Assembly (NCBI GenBank): GCA_041690395.1
Contig: JAWLHJ010000006.1
Span: forward strand, 305,651-369,650
Origin: Longimicrobiales bacterium
GTDB lineage: Bacteria; Gemmatimonadota; Gemmatimonadetes; Longimicrobiales; Gaopeijiaceae
Reading direction: 5' to 3'
Length of the DNA stretch: 64,000 nucleotides
Below, piece after piece: positions 17,826-27,716 of the stretch. The translations under genes were made by a program, and so were the position numbers. Every line of letters starts with the position of its first letter. The stretch's first letter is position 1. The notes beneath the pieces were generated by a model that saw nothing but the letters and a program-made list of their open reading frames with translations, was not told where the DNA came from and did not search any database.

Positions 17826-20800
17826 ATGATCCGTATCCAGCGCAGGCCGGAAGTCGACTTCCAGGAAGTCCTGGGCGCGATGCGCCAGTACTTCGATCTG
17901 GATGGCACGCTCTCGGCCCTCCCGGGCGAGCGCGACCAGAACTACCTGCTCGAGACCGACGACGGACGCAGCTACGTCGTGAAGGTCAGCTCGCCCGAGG
18001 AACCGGACCCGATTCTCCGTTTCGAGACCGAGATGCTGGTGAAGTTGGCCGCGGAGACCGACGGGCTGGTCCCGGGCGTGCACCCGGCGAAATCCGGCGA
18101 GAACCTGGTCGAGTTCGAGGACGCGCAGGGTAAGAGCCACCGCATGCGGGTGGTCGACTTCCTCCCCGGCACGCTGCTCGCCAACGCGCGCCCGAGGACG
18201 GAGCCCCTGCTCTACGACTTCGGCCGGCGGGTCGCCGAGCTCGTGAGCGCGCTCGGGGGATACCCCGACCATCCGCCCGCGCGGTTCAACTTCGACTGGG
18301 CGCTCGGAAGCGCGGGCAGCGTCATGGAGCGCTGCCTGGACCTGTTCGACGGAGAGCAGCGGCAGCTCATCGAGAGCGTGCACCGGTCCTTCGACGAGCG
18401 CGGCCACGACTTCCTCGGCCTCGGCTCCCAGATCATCCACGGGGACATCAACGACCACAACGTGTTGGTCTCCGACCCCGACGGTACCCGGCGCTACGTC
18501 ACCGGCTTCATCGATTTCGGCGACGCGCACTCCGCACCCCGGGTCTTCGACCTCGCGATCGCCATCGCGTACGCGACGCTCGGAACGTCGGATCCGGTCA
18601 CCGCGGCCGCCACCATCGTGCGTGGCTTCAACGACGCGACGCCACTGCTCGAAGCGGAGATCGACGTGATCTTCACGCTGGCACGCGCCAGGCTCGGCCA
18701 GAGCGTCAGCGTAGCCGCGTGGAAGCGGAGTCAGGGCGAGGCCCTCGACGACTCCCACTTCGTGTCGGAGGCACCCGCGTGGGACCTCCTCCGGCGGCTC
18801 GACGGCCTCCCCGACAAGTTCCTCCGCGGGGTACTGCGCGACGCGTGCGGGCAGTCGGCCAACGTGCGCACGCCCTACCTCATGGAGTGGCTCGCGAAGC
18901 AGGAGTGCGAGCCGGTCATGGATATCCCGGAGGAGGACGGCGCGCTGGTCGCGCTCGACCTCGCGGTCGACAGCCCCTACGTGGACGGACACGACACCGA
19001 CGACACGGCCCTCTTCCAGACGCGCATCTCGAGGATGATCGCCGACGCCGGCGCGTCGATCGGAGTCGGTCGCTACCTGGAGCCCCGGGCGTTCTACCTG
19101 ACCGACGCGTTCGCCGGGCGAGAGGGCGATCCACGCGAGCGGAGGACGGTGCACCTCGGCATCGACCTCTTCACACACGAGGGGACCGATATCCGGGCGC
19201 CGCTGGCCGGTAAGGTGCGCGCCATCGAGAACAACTCGGCCCGCCTCGACTACGGCCCCACGGTGGTCCTCGAGCACCAGTCCCCGCACGGCCGGTTCTG
19301 GACCCTCTACGGACACCTCTCGATGGAGTCGATCGATTCCCTCGAGATCGGTCGCGAGATCCGGGCCGGCGAGCAGTTCGCCCGTCTCGGCGGGCCGCCC
19401 GAGAACGGGGACTGGCCGCCGCACCTCCACTTCCAGATCGTCACGCACTTTCTGGGACACGGAGGTGATTTCCCGGGCGTGGCGCTGCCGCGCGAGCGGA
19501 GCGTGTGGGCGTCGTTCTCACCCGATCCGAACGTCATCCTCGGCCTTCCGGTGGACGCGACTTACCAGGAGCCGGAGGACCTCGCCGAACGGCGCTCACG
19601 CGCGCTCCCGGCCAATCTCTCCCTCTCCTACGCTTCTCCCATCCACGTGGTGCGGGGCCGGGGCACGCGGCTCTACGACCCGCTCGGGCGTGCGTACCTC
19701 GACTGCGTGAACAACGTCGCGCACGTCGGACACGAGCACCCCGAGGTCGTCCGCGCGGGACAGCGCCAGATGGCCGTGCTCAACACGAACACGCGTTATC
19801 TCCACGAGAAGGTCGTCGAATACGCGGAGCGCCTCGCCGCCCTCCTACCGGACCCGCTCTCCTGCTGCTTCTTCGTGAACTCCGGGAGCGAGGCGAACGA
19901 GCTGGCGCTCCGCATGGCCCGCGCCCACACGAACGGCTCGGGCGTGGTCGCGCTCGAGGGTGGCTACCATGGGCATACGCAGACGCTCATCGACGTGAGT
20001 CACTACAAGTTCGCCAGCCCCGGCGGCATGGGGGCTCCGCCATGGGTCCGGGTCGCCCCCGCCCCGGACGAGTACCGCGGCCGCTACGGCCGTAGCATGC
20101 CGGATCGCGCGGCCCGCTACGCCGGCCACGTGAAGGAGGCCCTGGCGGAGCTCCGCGGCGCGTCCATCACGCCGTCGGCGTTCATCGCCGAGACGTTCCT
20201 CTCGTGCGGCGGCCAGATCGAGCCACCTCAGGGCTACCTCGCCGCGGCGTACGCGCACGCCCGCAGCTTCGGCGCCGTCTGTATCGCGGACGAGATCCAG
20301 ACCGGCTTCGGGCGCATCGGGAGCGACTTCTGGTCGTTCGAGTCGCAGGATGTGGTGCCCGACATCGTCACCCTCGGCAAGCCGGTCGGGAACGGCCACC
20401 CGATCGGGGTGGTCGTCACGACACCCGAGATCGCCGAATCGTTCGACAACGGCATGGAGTTCTTCAGCACCTTCGGCGGGAATCCCGTCTCGGCCGCGAT
20501 CGGGCTCGCGGTCCTCGACGTCCTCGAGGCGGAGCGGCTGCAGGACCGCGCCGCGGTGCTCGGCGGGACCCTCAAGGGCTCGCTGGCCTCGCTGGCCATG
20601 AGGCACGAGGTCGTGGGCGACATCCGCGGCCGGGGGCTCTTCCTGGGGATCGAGCTCGTTTCCGACCGGGGATCGAGGCGGCCGGCGCCGGACATCGCCC
20701 GCTACGTGATCGACCGCATGGCGGACCGCGGCGTCCTCCTGGGAGCCGACGGGCCGGCGCACAACGTCCTCAAGATCAAGCCGCCGATGCCGTTCACGGA

Positions 20801-20900
20801 GGAGGACGGAGAGAGGCTGGTCGAGGAGCTCGACCGCGTGCTCGCCGAGGACGCCGTCCTCTGGATGGCGGAGCACGCGCCGGCAGACGACGGCGCTTGA
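17826..20900 (+). CDS. Fusion: APH/hydroxylysine-kinase-like domain + peptidase M23 domain + class III PLP aminotransferase/phospho-lyase
   Basis: GERDQNY, HGDINDHN, DFGD (kinase); HLGID, HLHFQ (M23); NSGSEANE, DEIQTGFGR, TLGKP (class III AT). Confidence 0.85.
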   Translation: MIRIQRRPEVDFQEVLGAMRQYFDLDGTLSALPGERDQNYLLETDDGRSYVVKVSSPEEPDPILRFETEMLVKLAAETDGLVPGVHPAKSGENLVEFEDAQGKSHRMRVVDFLPGTLLANARPRTEPLLYDFGRRVAELVSALGGYPDHPPARFNFDWALGSAGSVMERCLDLFDGEQRQLIESVHRSFDERGHDFLGLGSQIIHGDINDHNVLVSDPDGTRRYVTGFIDFGDAHSAPRVFDLAIAIAYATLGTSDPVTAAATIVRGFNDATPLLEAEIDVIFTLARARLGQSVSVAAWKRSQGEALDDSHFVSEAPAWDLLRRLDGLPDKFLRGVLRDACGQSANVRTPYLMEWLAKQECEPVMDIPEEDGALVALDLAVDSPYVDGHDTDDTALFQTRISRMIADAGASIGVGRYLEPRAFYLTDAFAGREGDPRERRTVHLGIDLFTHEGTDIRAPLAGKVRAIENNSARLDYGPTVVLEHQSPHGRFWTLYGHLSMESIDSLEIGREIRAGEQFARLGGPPENGDWPPHLHFQIVTHFLGHGGDFPGVALPRERSVWASFSPDPNVILGLPVDATYQEPEDLAERRSRALPANLSLSYASPIHVVRGRGTRLYDPLGRAYLDCVNNVAHVGHEHPEVVRAGQRQMAVLNTNTRYLHEKVVEYAERLAALLPDPLSCCFFVNSGSEANELALRMARAHTNGSGVVALEGGYHGHTQTLIDVSHYKFASPGGMGAPPWVRVAPAPDEYRGRYGRSMPDRAARYAGHVKEALAELRGASITPSAFIAETFLSCGGQIEPPQGYLAAAYAHARSFGAVCIADEIQTGFGRIGSDFWSFESQDVVPDIVTLGKPVGNGHPIGVVVTTPEIAESFDNGMEFFSTFGGNPVSAAIGLAVLDVLEAERLQDRAAVLGGTLKGSLASLAMRHEVVGDIRGRGLFLGIELVSDRGSRRPAPDIARYVIDRMADRGVLLGADGPAHNVLKIKPPMPFTEEDGERLVEELDRVLAEDAVLWMAEHAPADDGA

Positions 20901-20916
20901 CCGCTCCGGGCCCGCG

Positions 20917-22140
20917 TCACGAGGGGCCCTGGACCACCTCGAGCAGACGCTCCCTCACGAGCCCGTCGACGCTCATCCGGAGCGTGTACGCTCCTGGCGC
21001 GACCAGGACGTCATCCCGCGTGCCCACCGCGTCGCGCCCGCCCGCTTCCTCCTGCCCATCCGTGGCTCCCGTCTCGAGCGGGACGGACAGATCCCAGGTG
21101 AGCCGGTGCACACCGGCTCGCGCTCCCGGCAGACGACGGCCCTCGTCGTCGCGTCCGCCCGCGGCGAGCGTCGTTAGCACGCTTCCCTCCCCGTCGAGCA
21201 CCTCGACTCGGACGCTCCCGACGAACGACGGGAGGAGATAGTCGACGTACACCACGGTCCGGTCGTCGAGGTGGACGGGCGCAGGCGCGAAGAGGTACGG
21301 CTCGCCGGACATCAAGCCCTCCATCACGTACCTGAGCGGAGCGATGTCGTCCAGCACGAAGCGCCCATGCTCGCGTGTGTCGACCACGAGGTCGCGTCCG
21401 GTGATCGACAACGCGGTCACATCCGCTTCCGGCATCCCCAGGGAGAGGCGGTCCCAGGCGAGCGCGCCGTTGAAGGACACGTAGACCCCGAGGCGTGACC
21501 CGACGAAGAGAAGGTCGGGGTTCTCGGGATCCTCGGCGAAGGCGCTCACGGGCTCGTCGTCGGGAAAGCCCGACCCCGCACCGGTGACGACGTCGTAATC
21601 GGATCCGTACCCCTCGTAGCGGATCAGCAGCGGCACGGGGGGAACGTCCGCAGGGGTGCCCGCGACTACGTAGGCGGTTCCCCCGTCGTGGGCCGACGCG
21701 ACCAGCGCTCGAACGAAGGTGCCGTCCGGCGACGGACCGATGAGCGTTTCCCAGGACAGGCCGCCGTCCCTCGTGAGATGAAGCGACCCGTCGCGCCCGC
21801 CGGCCCAGAGCAAGCCCGGCTCGAGCGGGCTCTCGGCGACCGCGGCGAGCCCTCCGGGGGCGAGTGTCGGGCTGATCGCCGTCCAGCTCCCGCCACCGTC
21901 CATCGATCGGTGCACGGCGCCGTCCACCCGGTACCGGAGCGACGGATCGTGGGGCGACACGATCTCGGCGGGCCCTTCGCCGGACCCGGCGGCGTCACCG
22001 GCCTCCGTCCCAGCGGAGGCCCTGAACGCGATCCCCTGGTACACCTGGTCCAGCCGCGAGGAGCGGTCCTGGGCTTCGACAGCGGCCGGCGGCAGGGTCA
22101 GCAGCACGCCCAGAATCACGGAACCCCGCCACCTCCTCAT
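20917..22140 (-). CDS. Exported BNR/Asp-box (sortilin/VPS10-like) protein, unusually short
   Basis: Signal peptide; SMDGGGSW, TRDGGLSW, SFNGALAW Asp-boxes; DLVVDT…LDDIAPLR; C-terminal Ig-like segment. Confidence 0.65.
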   Translation of the reverse strand: MRRWRGSVILGVLLTLPPAAVEAQDRSSRLDQVYQGIAFRASAGTEAGDAAGSGEGPAEIVSPHDPSLRYRVDGAVHRSMDGGGSWTAISPTLAPGGLAAVAESPLEPGLLWAGGRDGSLHLTRDGGLSWETLIGPSPDGTFVRALVASAHDGGTAYVVAGTPADVPPVPLLIRYEGYGSDYDVVTGAGSGFPDDEPVSAFAEDPENPDLLFVGSRLGVYVSFNGALAWDRLSLGMPEADVTALSITGRDLVVDTREHGRFVLDDIAPLRYVMEGLMSGEPYLFAPAPVHLDDRTVVYVDYLLPSFVGSVRVEVLDGEGSVLTTLAAGGRDDEGRRLPGARAGVHRLTWDLSVPLETGATDGQEEAGGRDAVGTRDDVLVAPGAYTLRMSVDGLVRERLLEVVQGPS

Positions 22141-22820
22141 TCCATCGCCCCCACCCATTCGGAGAACGTCCGGCACGCCTCGTCGAGCACCTCGTCGTCG
22201 GTGCGGCCCGAGCGCTTCAACACGTGGAAGCCGTGGTCGGCGCCCTCCAGGACGTGCAGCGTCGGGCGGGGCGAGACATCGTCCAGCAGGGGCTCCATGA
22301 GCTCGAGGTTGGCCAGCTTGTCACGCGTACCTTGCAGGAAGAGCATGGGCAGCCCGACGCTCGCGAGGTGCGCCCCGCGCTCGACCGATTCACGTCCTGC
22401 GGGGTGGAGCGGGAAGCCGAAGAAGGCGAGGCCGACCACGCCCGGGAGCGGCTCCGCCGAGGCCGCGGTCGACGTCATGCGTCCGCCCATCGACTTCCCG
22501 CCGGCGATCAAGGGTACGCCGGGCACCCGGATCCCTGCCTCCAGCACCGCGGCCCGGACGGTCTCGACGAGCACCGGCGGTCGGTCGGGGGCCTTCCGAC
22601 CTGCCTCCATGTACGGGAACTGGTACCGTAGCGTCGTCACGCCGAGGCCGGCCAGGCGCCGCGCCACGCTCTCCATGAATGCGTGCCGCATGCCCGCCCC
22701 TGCTCCGTGCGCGAAGACGAAGGCCGCTCGTGGCTTCCCGCGCGCGCGGGTGAGCAGAGCCGTGACCGGCCCCTTGTCGCCCGCCTCGAGCGTCAGCTCG
22801 CTCCCGTCGGCCCCGGCCAT
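22137..22820 (-). CDS. Alpha/beta-fold hydrolase (KANSL3/dienelactone hydrolase-like)
   Basis: HGAG, GGKSMGGR nucleophile elbow, QGTRD, GADHGF. Confidence 0.85.
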   Translation of the reverse strand: MAGADGSELTLEAGDKGPVTALLTRARGKPRAAFVFAHGAGAGMRHAFMESVARRLAGLGVTTLRYQFPYMEAGRKAPDRPPVLVETVRAAVLEAGIRVPGVPLIAGGKSMGGRMTSTAASAEPLPGVVGLAFFGFPLHPAGRESVERGAHLASVGLPMLFLQGTRDKLANLELMEPLLDDVSPRPTLHVLEGADHGFHVLKRSGRTDDEVLDEACRTFSEWVGAME

Positions 22821-22833
22821 CCCTGACCCGCGG

Positions 22834-23505
22834 TCAGCGTCCGAGGCCGATCCGGAACCCCAGGCTCAGGATGGGCCAGAGGTCGATGTACGTCGGGAGA
22901 TCGTTCTCGAAATTGGTCTCCTCCTGGTCGAGCCGGTCCCGGAACTCGGGCTCATTGGACAGCGTTCCGCCCGACGCATCGAGCGACACCCGCGTCTGCT
23001 CCTGGAAGGCGAGACCGAGATCGAGGGTCAAGCCGAAGCCGCTCGACGTGTGCTTTCCGAAGCCGATGAGCACGTAGGGCGCGCGCTCACCGTTGTCGAG
23101 CGTTCCCGTCAGCGTCCCGATCTGCTCGGGGGTGAACTCCTGCCCCCCGATGTCCTGCGGCGTCGTGGGCGTGGCCGACAGCAGCACGTCGTCCGACCTG
23201 AACAGGTAGCCGGCGCCGATCCGCATCGCGCCCGTGAGATAGAGGTCCACGCCCAGGTTGTACCAGGTGCGCGGCAGCTCCAGCGTCAGGTCGATGTCGT
23301 CGATCGTCCCGGTGATCTCGAACGGGAGAACGCCTACGCCCCCGCGAACCACCAACCTCTCGCCGAGGGCCAGCCCCGCGTCGGCGCCGAGCCCGAGGCT
23401 GCCTCCGCGCGCGGCCACGCCGATCTGCGCCGCACCGGGCCGCGGGAGCACGCCCAACGCGACGAGTCCGGCGACCACCACCACCCACTTCGACGTTCCA
23501 CGCAT
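22834..23505 (-). CDS. Putative outer-membrane beta-barrel protein
   Basis: Signal peptide; GSLGLG, PYVLIGFG, C-terminal alternating strand WPILSLGFRIGL. Confidence 0.65.
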   Translation of the reverse strand: MRGTSKWVVVVAGLVALGVLPRPGAAQIGVAARGGSLGLGADAGLALGERLVVRGGVGVLPFEITGTIDDIDLTLELPRTWYNLGVDLYLTGAMRIGAGYLFRSDDVLLSATPTTPQDIGGQEFTPEQIGTLTGTLDNGERAPYVLIGFGKHTSSGFGLTLDLGLAFQEQTRVSLDASGGTLSNEPEFRDRLDQEETNFENDLPTYIDLWPILSLGFRIGLGR

Positions 23506-23512
23506 GAAATGA

Positions 23513-24331
23513 TCAATCCGTCTTGTAGAGATGCACGTCTCGCTGGGGGAACGGAATCGAGCAGCCGGCCGCCTCGAGATTCTCCTTGAGCGCTCGGGTC
23601 AGGTCCCACCGGGTCGCCCAGTAGTCCGAGGTACCGACCCACGGACGGACCACCAGGTTCACCGACGAGTCACCCAACTCATGTACCGCCACGACCGGCT
23701 CGGGGTCCTCGAGCACCCTGGGGTCGGCCGAGATGACGTCCAGGCAGGTCCGGACCGCGACCCCCAGATCGTCGTCGTATCCGACACCCATCACGAGGTC
23801 GATGCGGCGGGTGTCGTTCGCCGAGTAGTTCTGCATCGTCTGTCCGAACACATGGGAGTTCGGGATGCGGATCTCGACGTTGTCGGGCGTTGCCAGGACG
23901 GTCGAGAAGATTCCGACGGCCTTCACGGTTCCGGACTCTCCGCCGATCTCGACGAAGTTCCCGATGTCGAAAGGCCGGAAGGTCAGCAGCATCACGCCGG
24001 CCGAGAAATTCGAGAAGGTGTCCTGGAAGGCCAGGGCGATGGCAAGCCCGGCGGCGCCCAGTACCGCCACGAACGACGTCGTCGAGACACCGAGGGTGTT
24101 CACCGCCGCGATCGCCACGACGGCGATGAGGAGCACGTACGTCACGCCCGTCAGGAAGGGCGCGAGCATCGGGTCGACGTTGCTGCGTCCGAGCGCGCGC
24201 TGCGTGACGCTCCTGGCCCAACGCGCCAGAAGGAGCCCGATGAGGAACACCGCCAGCGCTCCGAGCACGCGGGGCGTCCACGCGGCGACGACGGAGGAGG
24301 CGTTCTGCAGGAGGGCTTCGAAGTCGATCAT
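23513..24331 (-). CDS. mscS: Small-conductance mechanosensitive channel
   Basis: VLGAAGLAIALAFQDTFSNF, RPFDIG, IPNS, IPFPQRDVH. Confidence 0.92.
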   Translation of the reverse strand: MIDFEALLQNASSVVAAWTPRVLGALAVFLIGLLLARWARSVTQRALGRSNVDPMLAPFLTGVTYVLLIAVVAIAAVNTLGVSTTSFVAVLGAAGLAIALAFQDTFSNFSAGVMLLTFRPFDIGNFVEIGGESGTVKAVGIFSTVLATPDNVEIRIPNSHVFGQTMQNYSANDTRRIDLVMGVGYDDDLGVAVRTCLDVISADPRVLEDPEPVVAVHELGDSSVNLVVRPWVGTSDYWATRWDLTRALKENLEAAGCSIPFPQRDVHLYKTD

Positions 24332-24407
24332 CGGGGTCCTCGGCTCGGCGGAGTAACGTCCTGGATGCCCCGGAAGCTGCGCCCAGGCGCCGCATCACGC
24401 CACCCGC

Positions 24408-24427
24408 GGCGGGCGGCGCCGCCCGCC
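24408..24427. terminator. Perfect GC palindrome just downstream of feoB
   Basis: GGCGGGCGGCGCCGCCCGCC (20 bp) 3 nt after the feoB stop; no U-tract. Confidence 0.35.
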
Positions 24428-24430
24428 CGG

Positions 24431-26629
24431 CTATCCCGCGAACAACCTCCAGATCTGTGCCACGAGGAAGCAGACGGTCACGCCCATGACGACCGGCATG
24501 AACGTCGCGACCGCGGTCCACTTCGCGCTCCTCGTCTCCTTGTAGATCGTGTAGATCGTCGTGGAGCACGGGTTATGGAGGAGGCTGAAGAGCATCAGGT
24601 TCACGGCGGTGAGTAGCGTCCAACCCCCCGAGCGGAGGAGCTCCCCGGTCTCGTCGACCGAGTCGAGCTCGAACATGACGCCCGCACCCTGCCCGCCGTC
24701 CATGCCCCCTGTGAGCACCGTGAGCATCAGGATGGTCGGGATGACGATCTCGTTCGCCGGGATCGCCACGACGTAGGCCAGGAGAATCACTCCGTTCAGG
24801 CCGATGATCATGCCGACCGGATCGAGGCCGTCCACGATCGCCGCGGCGAGGCTCGTGTCGCCGAAGGGGATGTTCGAGAGGAGCCAGATCACCGCGCCCG
24901 CCGGGACCGCGAACATGACCGCCCTCCAGAGCACGATCAGCGTGCGGTCGATGACCGACGTGTAGAGCGTCTGGAGGATCCGCGGCGGACGGTACGGAGG
25001 GAGCTCGAGGCTGAAGCTGGACGCCTCGCCGCGGAGCACCGTCCGGGACAGGAACCATGACGAGAGGAACATCATGAGGACGCCGAGCAGCGCGATGGCG
25101 ACCACCGCGGCCGCGCTCACCACGCCCCCGAGCACGCCAGGCGCGAGCGCGCCGATGAAGATGGACGCGATGAGGATCTGGGTCGGCCACCGGCCGTTGC
25201 AGAGCGAGAAGTTGTTCGTGATGATCGCGATGAGCCGCTCGCGCGGGCTGTCGATGACGCGCGTGGACACGACGCCGGCCGCGTTGCAGCCGAAGCCCAT
25301 GCACATGGTGAGGGCCTGCTTGCCGTGCGCCCCGGCCTTCCGGAAGAGCGCGTCCAGGTTGAACGCGACCCGCGGCAGATATCCGAAGTCCTCCAGCAGC
25401 GTGAAGAGCGGAAAGAAGATCGCCATGGGCGGCAGCATCACGCTCACAACCCACGCCGTCGACAGGTAGACTCCGTCCACGAGCAGTCCGTCGAGCCACC
25501 AGGGCAGGGAAGCCGCGGCCGCCAGCCCCTTGAGCAACGGATGCACCGTGTCCACCAGGAGGTCGGCGAGCATGGACGACGGCACGTTCGAGCCGGCGAT
25601 CGTCAGCCAGAACACGATGGCCAACATCGCGAGCATCAGAGGAAAGCCCCAGACGCGGCTGGTCAGGAGCCGGTCGAGCTTCCGGTCGAACGCGAAGCCG
25701 GCCTTCTTGAGCCCGCCCAGGCGCACGCGTTCGGAGATCTCCTCGGCCGCGTGGTAGGCACGTTCCGTGACGCGGTCGTGGAAGTCCGGGGGGAGGTCCC
25801 AGCGAAGCCGGCTCGCGGCCTCCAATACCCGCTCTCTCTCGAAGTCGGGCGGTAGAGGTGTCTCGACCCCGCGCTCGTCTCCCACGCGCCCCAGCTCCCC
25901 CGACCGGACCGCTTCACGCACCGCTTCGTCCGCGTTGAGGAGGCGGAGCGCCACCCAGCGGGTGTTCGGAAGCCCGGGATAGGCGTCGTCGATCACATCC
26001 GAGAGCTCGGACACCGCGCGCTCGACGGTCGGGGCGTGCTCACCGATCCGGTACGGCTGGTTGCGACGGGCTCCCGTGGCGACGCGGTGCGCGGCTTCGA
26101 GAAGGTCGTCGACGCCCACGCCCTCCCGGGCGATCCCGGGAACGACCGGCACGCCCAGCTCCTCCTCGAGCCGCTTCGCGTCGATCCCGATGCCGTGCCG
26201 CCGGGCCTCGTCGATGAGGTTGAGGAAGACGACGACCCGGTCCGTGATCTCGAGGATCTGGATGACCAGGTTCAGGTTCCGCTCGAGGCGGGTCGCGTCG
26301 ACGACGACCACGGTCACGTCGGGGCGACCGAAGAGGATGAAGTCGCGGGCGACCTCTTCGTCGACGCTGCCGGCCTGGAGCGAGTAGGTGCCCGGGAGGT
26401 CGACGACCTTCACGCGGCTCCCCTCGTGCGCGAACACCCCCTCGGCCCGGACCACCGTCTTACCGGGCCAGTTGCCCGTGTGCTGCCTGAGCCCCGTGAG
26501 CCGGTTGAAGACGGTGCTCTTCCCGACGTTGGGGTTCCCGGCCAGCGCCACCAGGTAGTCCCACCGGTCCGGGCTGAGGCCGAGCCGGACGAGGTTCCGC
26601 CTCCTGTGATGCTCGGTCGCGGTGCTCAA
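24431..26629 (-). CDS. feoB: Ferrous iron (or Mn) transporter FeoB
   Basis: GNPNVGKS, TGNWPGKT, DLPGTYSL GTPase motifs; MGFGC and LHNPC gate motifs; polytopic membrane domain. Confidence 0.95.
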   Translation of the reverse strand: MSTATEHHRRRNLVRLGLSPDRWDYLVALAGNPNVGKSTVFNRLTGLRQHTGNWPGKTVVRAEGVFAHEGSRVKVVDLPGTYSLQAGSVDEEVARDFILFGRPDVTVVVVDATRLERNLNLVIQILEITDRVVVFLNLIDEARRHGIGIDAKRLEEELGVPVVPGIAREGVGVDDLLEAAHRVATGARRNQPYRIGEHAPTVERAVSELSDVIDDAYPGLPNTRWVALRLLNADEAVREAVRSGELGRVGDERGVETPLPPDFERERVLEAASRLRWDLPPDFHDRVTERAYHAAEEISERVRLGGLKKAGFAFDRKLDRLLTSRVWGFPLMLAMLAIVFWLTIAGSNVPSSMLADLLVDTVHPLLKGLAAAASLPWWLDGLLVDGVYLSTAWVVSVMLPPMAIFFPLFTLLEDFGYLPRVAFNLDALFRKAGAHGKQALTMCMGFGCNAAGVVSTRVIDSPRERLIAIITNNFSLCNGRWPTQILIASIFIGALAPGVLGGVVSAAAVVAIALLGVLMMFLSSWFLSRTVLRGEASSFSLELPPYRPPRILQTLYTSVIDRTLIVLWRAVMFAVPAGAVIWLLSNIPFGDTSLAAAIVDGLDPVGMIIGLNGVILLAYVVAIPANEIVIPTILMLTVLTGGMDGGQGAGVMFELDSVDETGELLRSGGWTLLTAVNLMLFSLLHNPCSTTIYTIYKETRSAKWTAVATFMPVVMGVTVCFLVAQIWRLFAG

Positions 26630-27669
26630 GCCGCTCCCTCCTCGGCCGCTTCATCCGACGGAGCGATACGGATCCATTCGGCCTGCTCGCCGCGCAGGGC
26701 AATCAGCGCACCGCGGATCCGATAGGCCACCGGGTCACCGAAGGCGCTCGCCAACTCCGCCGTGATGCGTGCTCCTCGCACGATCCCGAGGTCCAGCAGC
26801 CTGCGGCGCTGAGCCCCGCGGCAGGCGGGAGACAGCTCCAGCACGACACCCGCCATGCCGGGCGAGAGGTCGCGGAGGGTGTGCACCGGTCGGTCGACGT
26901 CGTCGCCCTCGTCGAGCCGGCGAACGGTGACGTTTCTGGCCGTCAGCGCGGGCAGATTCCACGTACGGCCGCCGGCGCGAAGACGCACGGCGCTCGGCGT
27001 GCGCTCGATCACCTCCAGGCGGGACCCCAGGGCGAGTCCTTCCTCGAGCAACGCCTCGTACAGCTCACGCGGCTCGTCCTCGAGATGGATGATCTCGACC
27101 GCGGTCCCCGGCTCCACCGAAGCGAGCGTCGTGTCGTCCATGGCCGGGAGTTGGCCGGACGACGTGGGAATCGGGTCTCCGTGGGGGTCCCACCGCGGAT
27201 GCCCGAGGCGGGCGGCCAGACGTTCGGTCTCCTCGGGGCTCAACGTGTGCTCCACGTGCTCCGCCTCCGCGTGCCACTCGGACGGCGGGACGCTCGTGCG
27301 GTCCGCCAGGTAGCGCTCCCAGAGGCGGTGCGTCCGCACGAGCTGGAGAGCGGAGGCACGGCCCTCGTCCGTGAGGGCCGGGCCGTCCGGGCCCGACCGG
27401 ACGAGCTCCAGCTCGGAGAGCCTCCCGAGCAGGTCGGCGGCCTTCCCGGTCGATACCCCGAGCTGCCCAGCGACGCTCTCCAGGGAACACGCGCGCCCGA
27501 CGCTCTCGCACGTATAGACGTGCTTCAGGGCATCCTCCACGAGAACGCGCTCACTGGTGCGCGCGACCCTGGCGACGCGTGCCGCGATCCCCTTCCGCGG
27601 CCAGAAGACCAGGGCTGCGATTACGACGAGCGCACCGAACAGCGCGAGGGCGAGGGTCGGACCGATCAC
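26626..27669 (-). CDS. DtxR/MntR family metal-dependent regulator with N-terminal TM helix and two FeoA domains
   Basis: EDALKHVY, RTHRLWERYL, EAEHVEH, DPHGDPIP; C-terminal RRRLLDLGI…GDPVAYRIRGALIALR (FeoA). GTG start approximate. Confidence 0.88.
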   Translation of the reverse strand: MIGPTLALALFGALVVIAALVFWPRKGIAARVARVARTSERVLVEDALKHVYTCESVGRACSLESVAGQLGVSTGKAADLLGRLSELELVRSGPDGPALTDEGRASALQLVRTHRLWERYLADRTSVPPSEWHAEAEHVEHTLSPEETERLAARLGHPRWDPHGDPIPTSSGQLPAMDDTTLASVEPGTAVEIIHLEDEPRELYEALLEEGLALGSRLEVIERTPSAVRLRAGGRTWNLPALTARNVTVRRLDEGDDVDRPVHTLRDLSPGMAGVVLELSPACRGAQRRRLLDLGIVRGARITAELASAFGDPVAYRIRGALIALRGEQAEWIRIAPSDEAAEEGAA

Positions 27670-27716
27670 GAGGCGAGGCCTCCCGCCTCAGTGCTCGCCA
27701 AGACTCCAAGAGAGTA

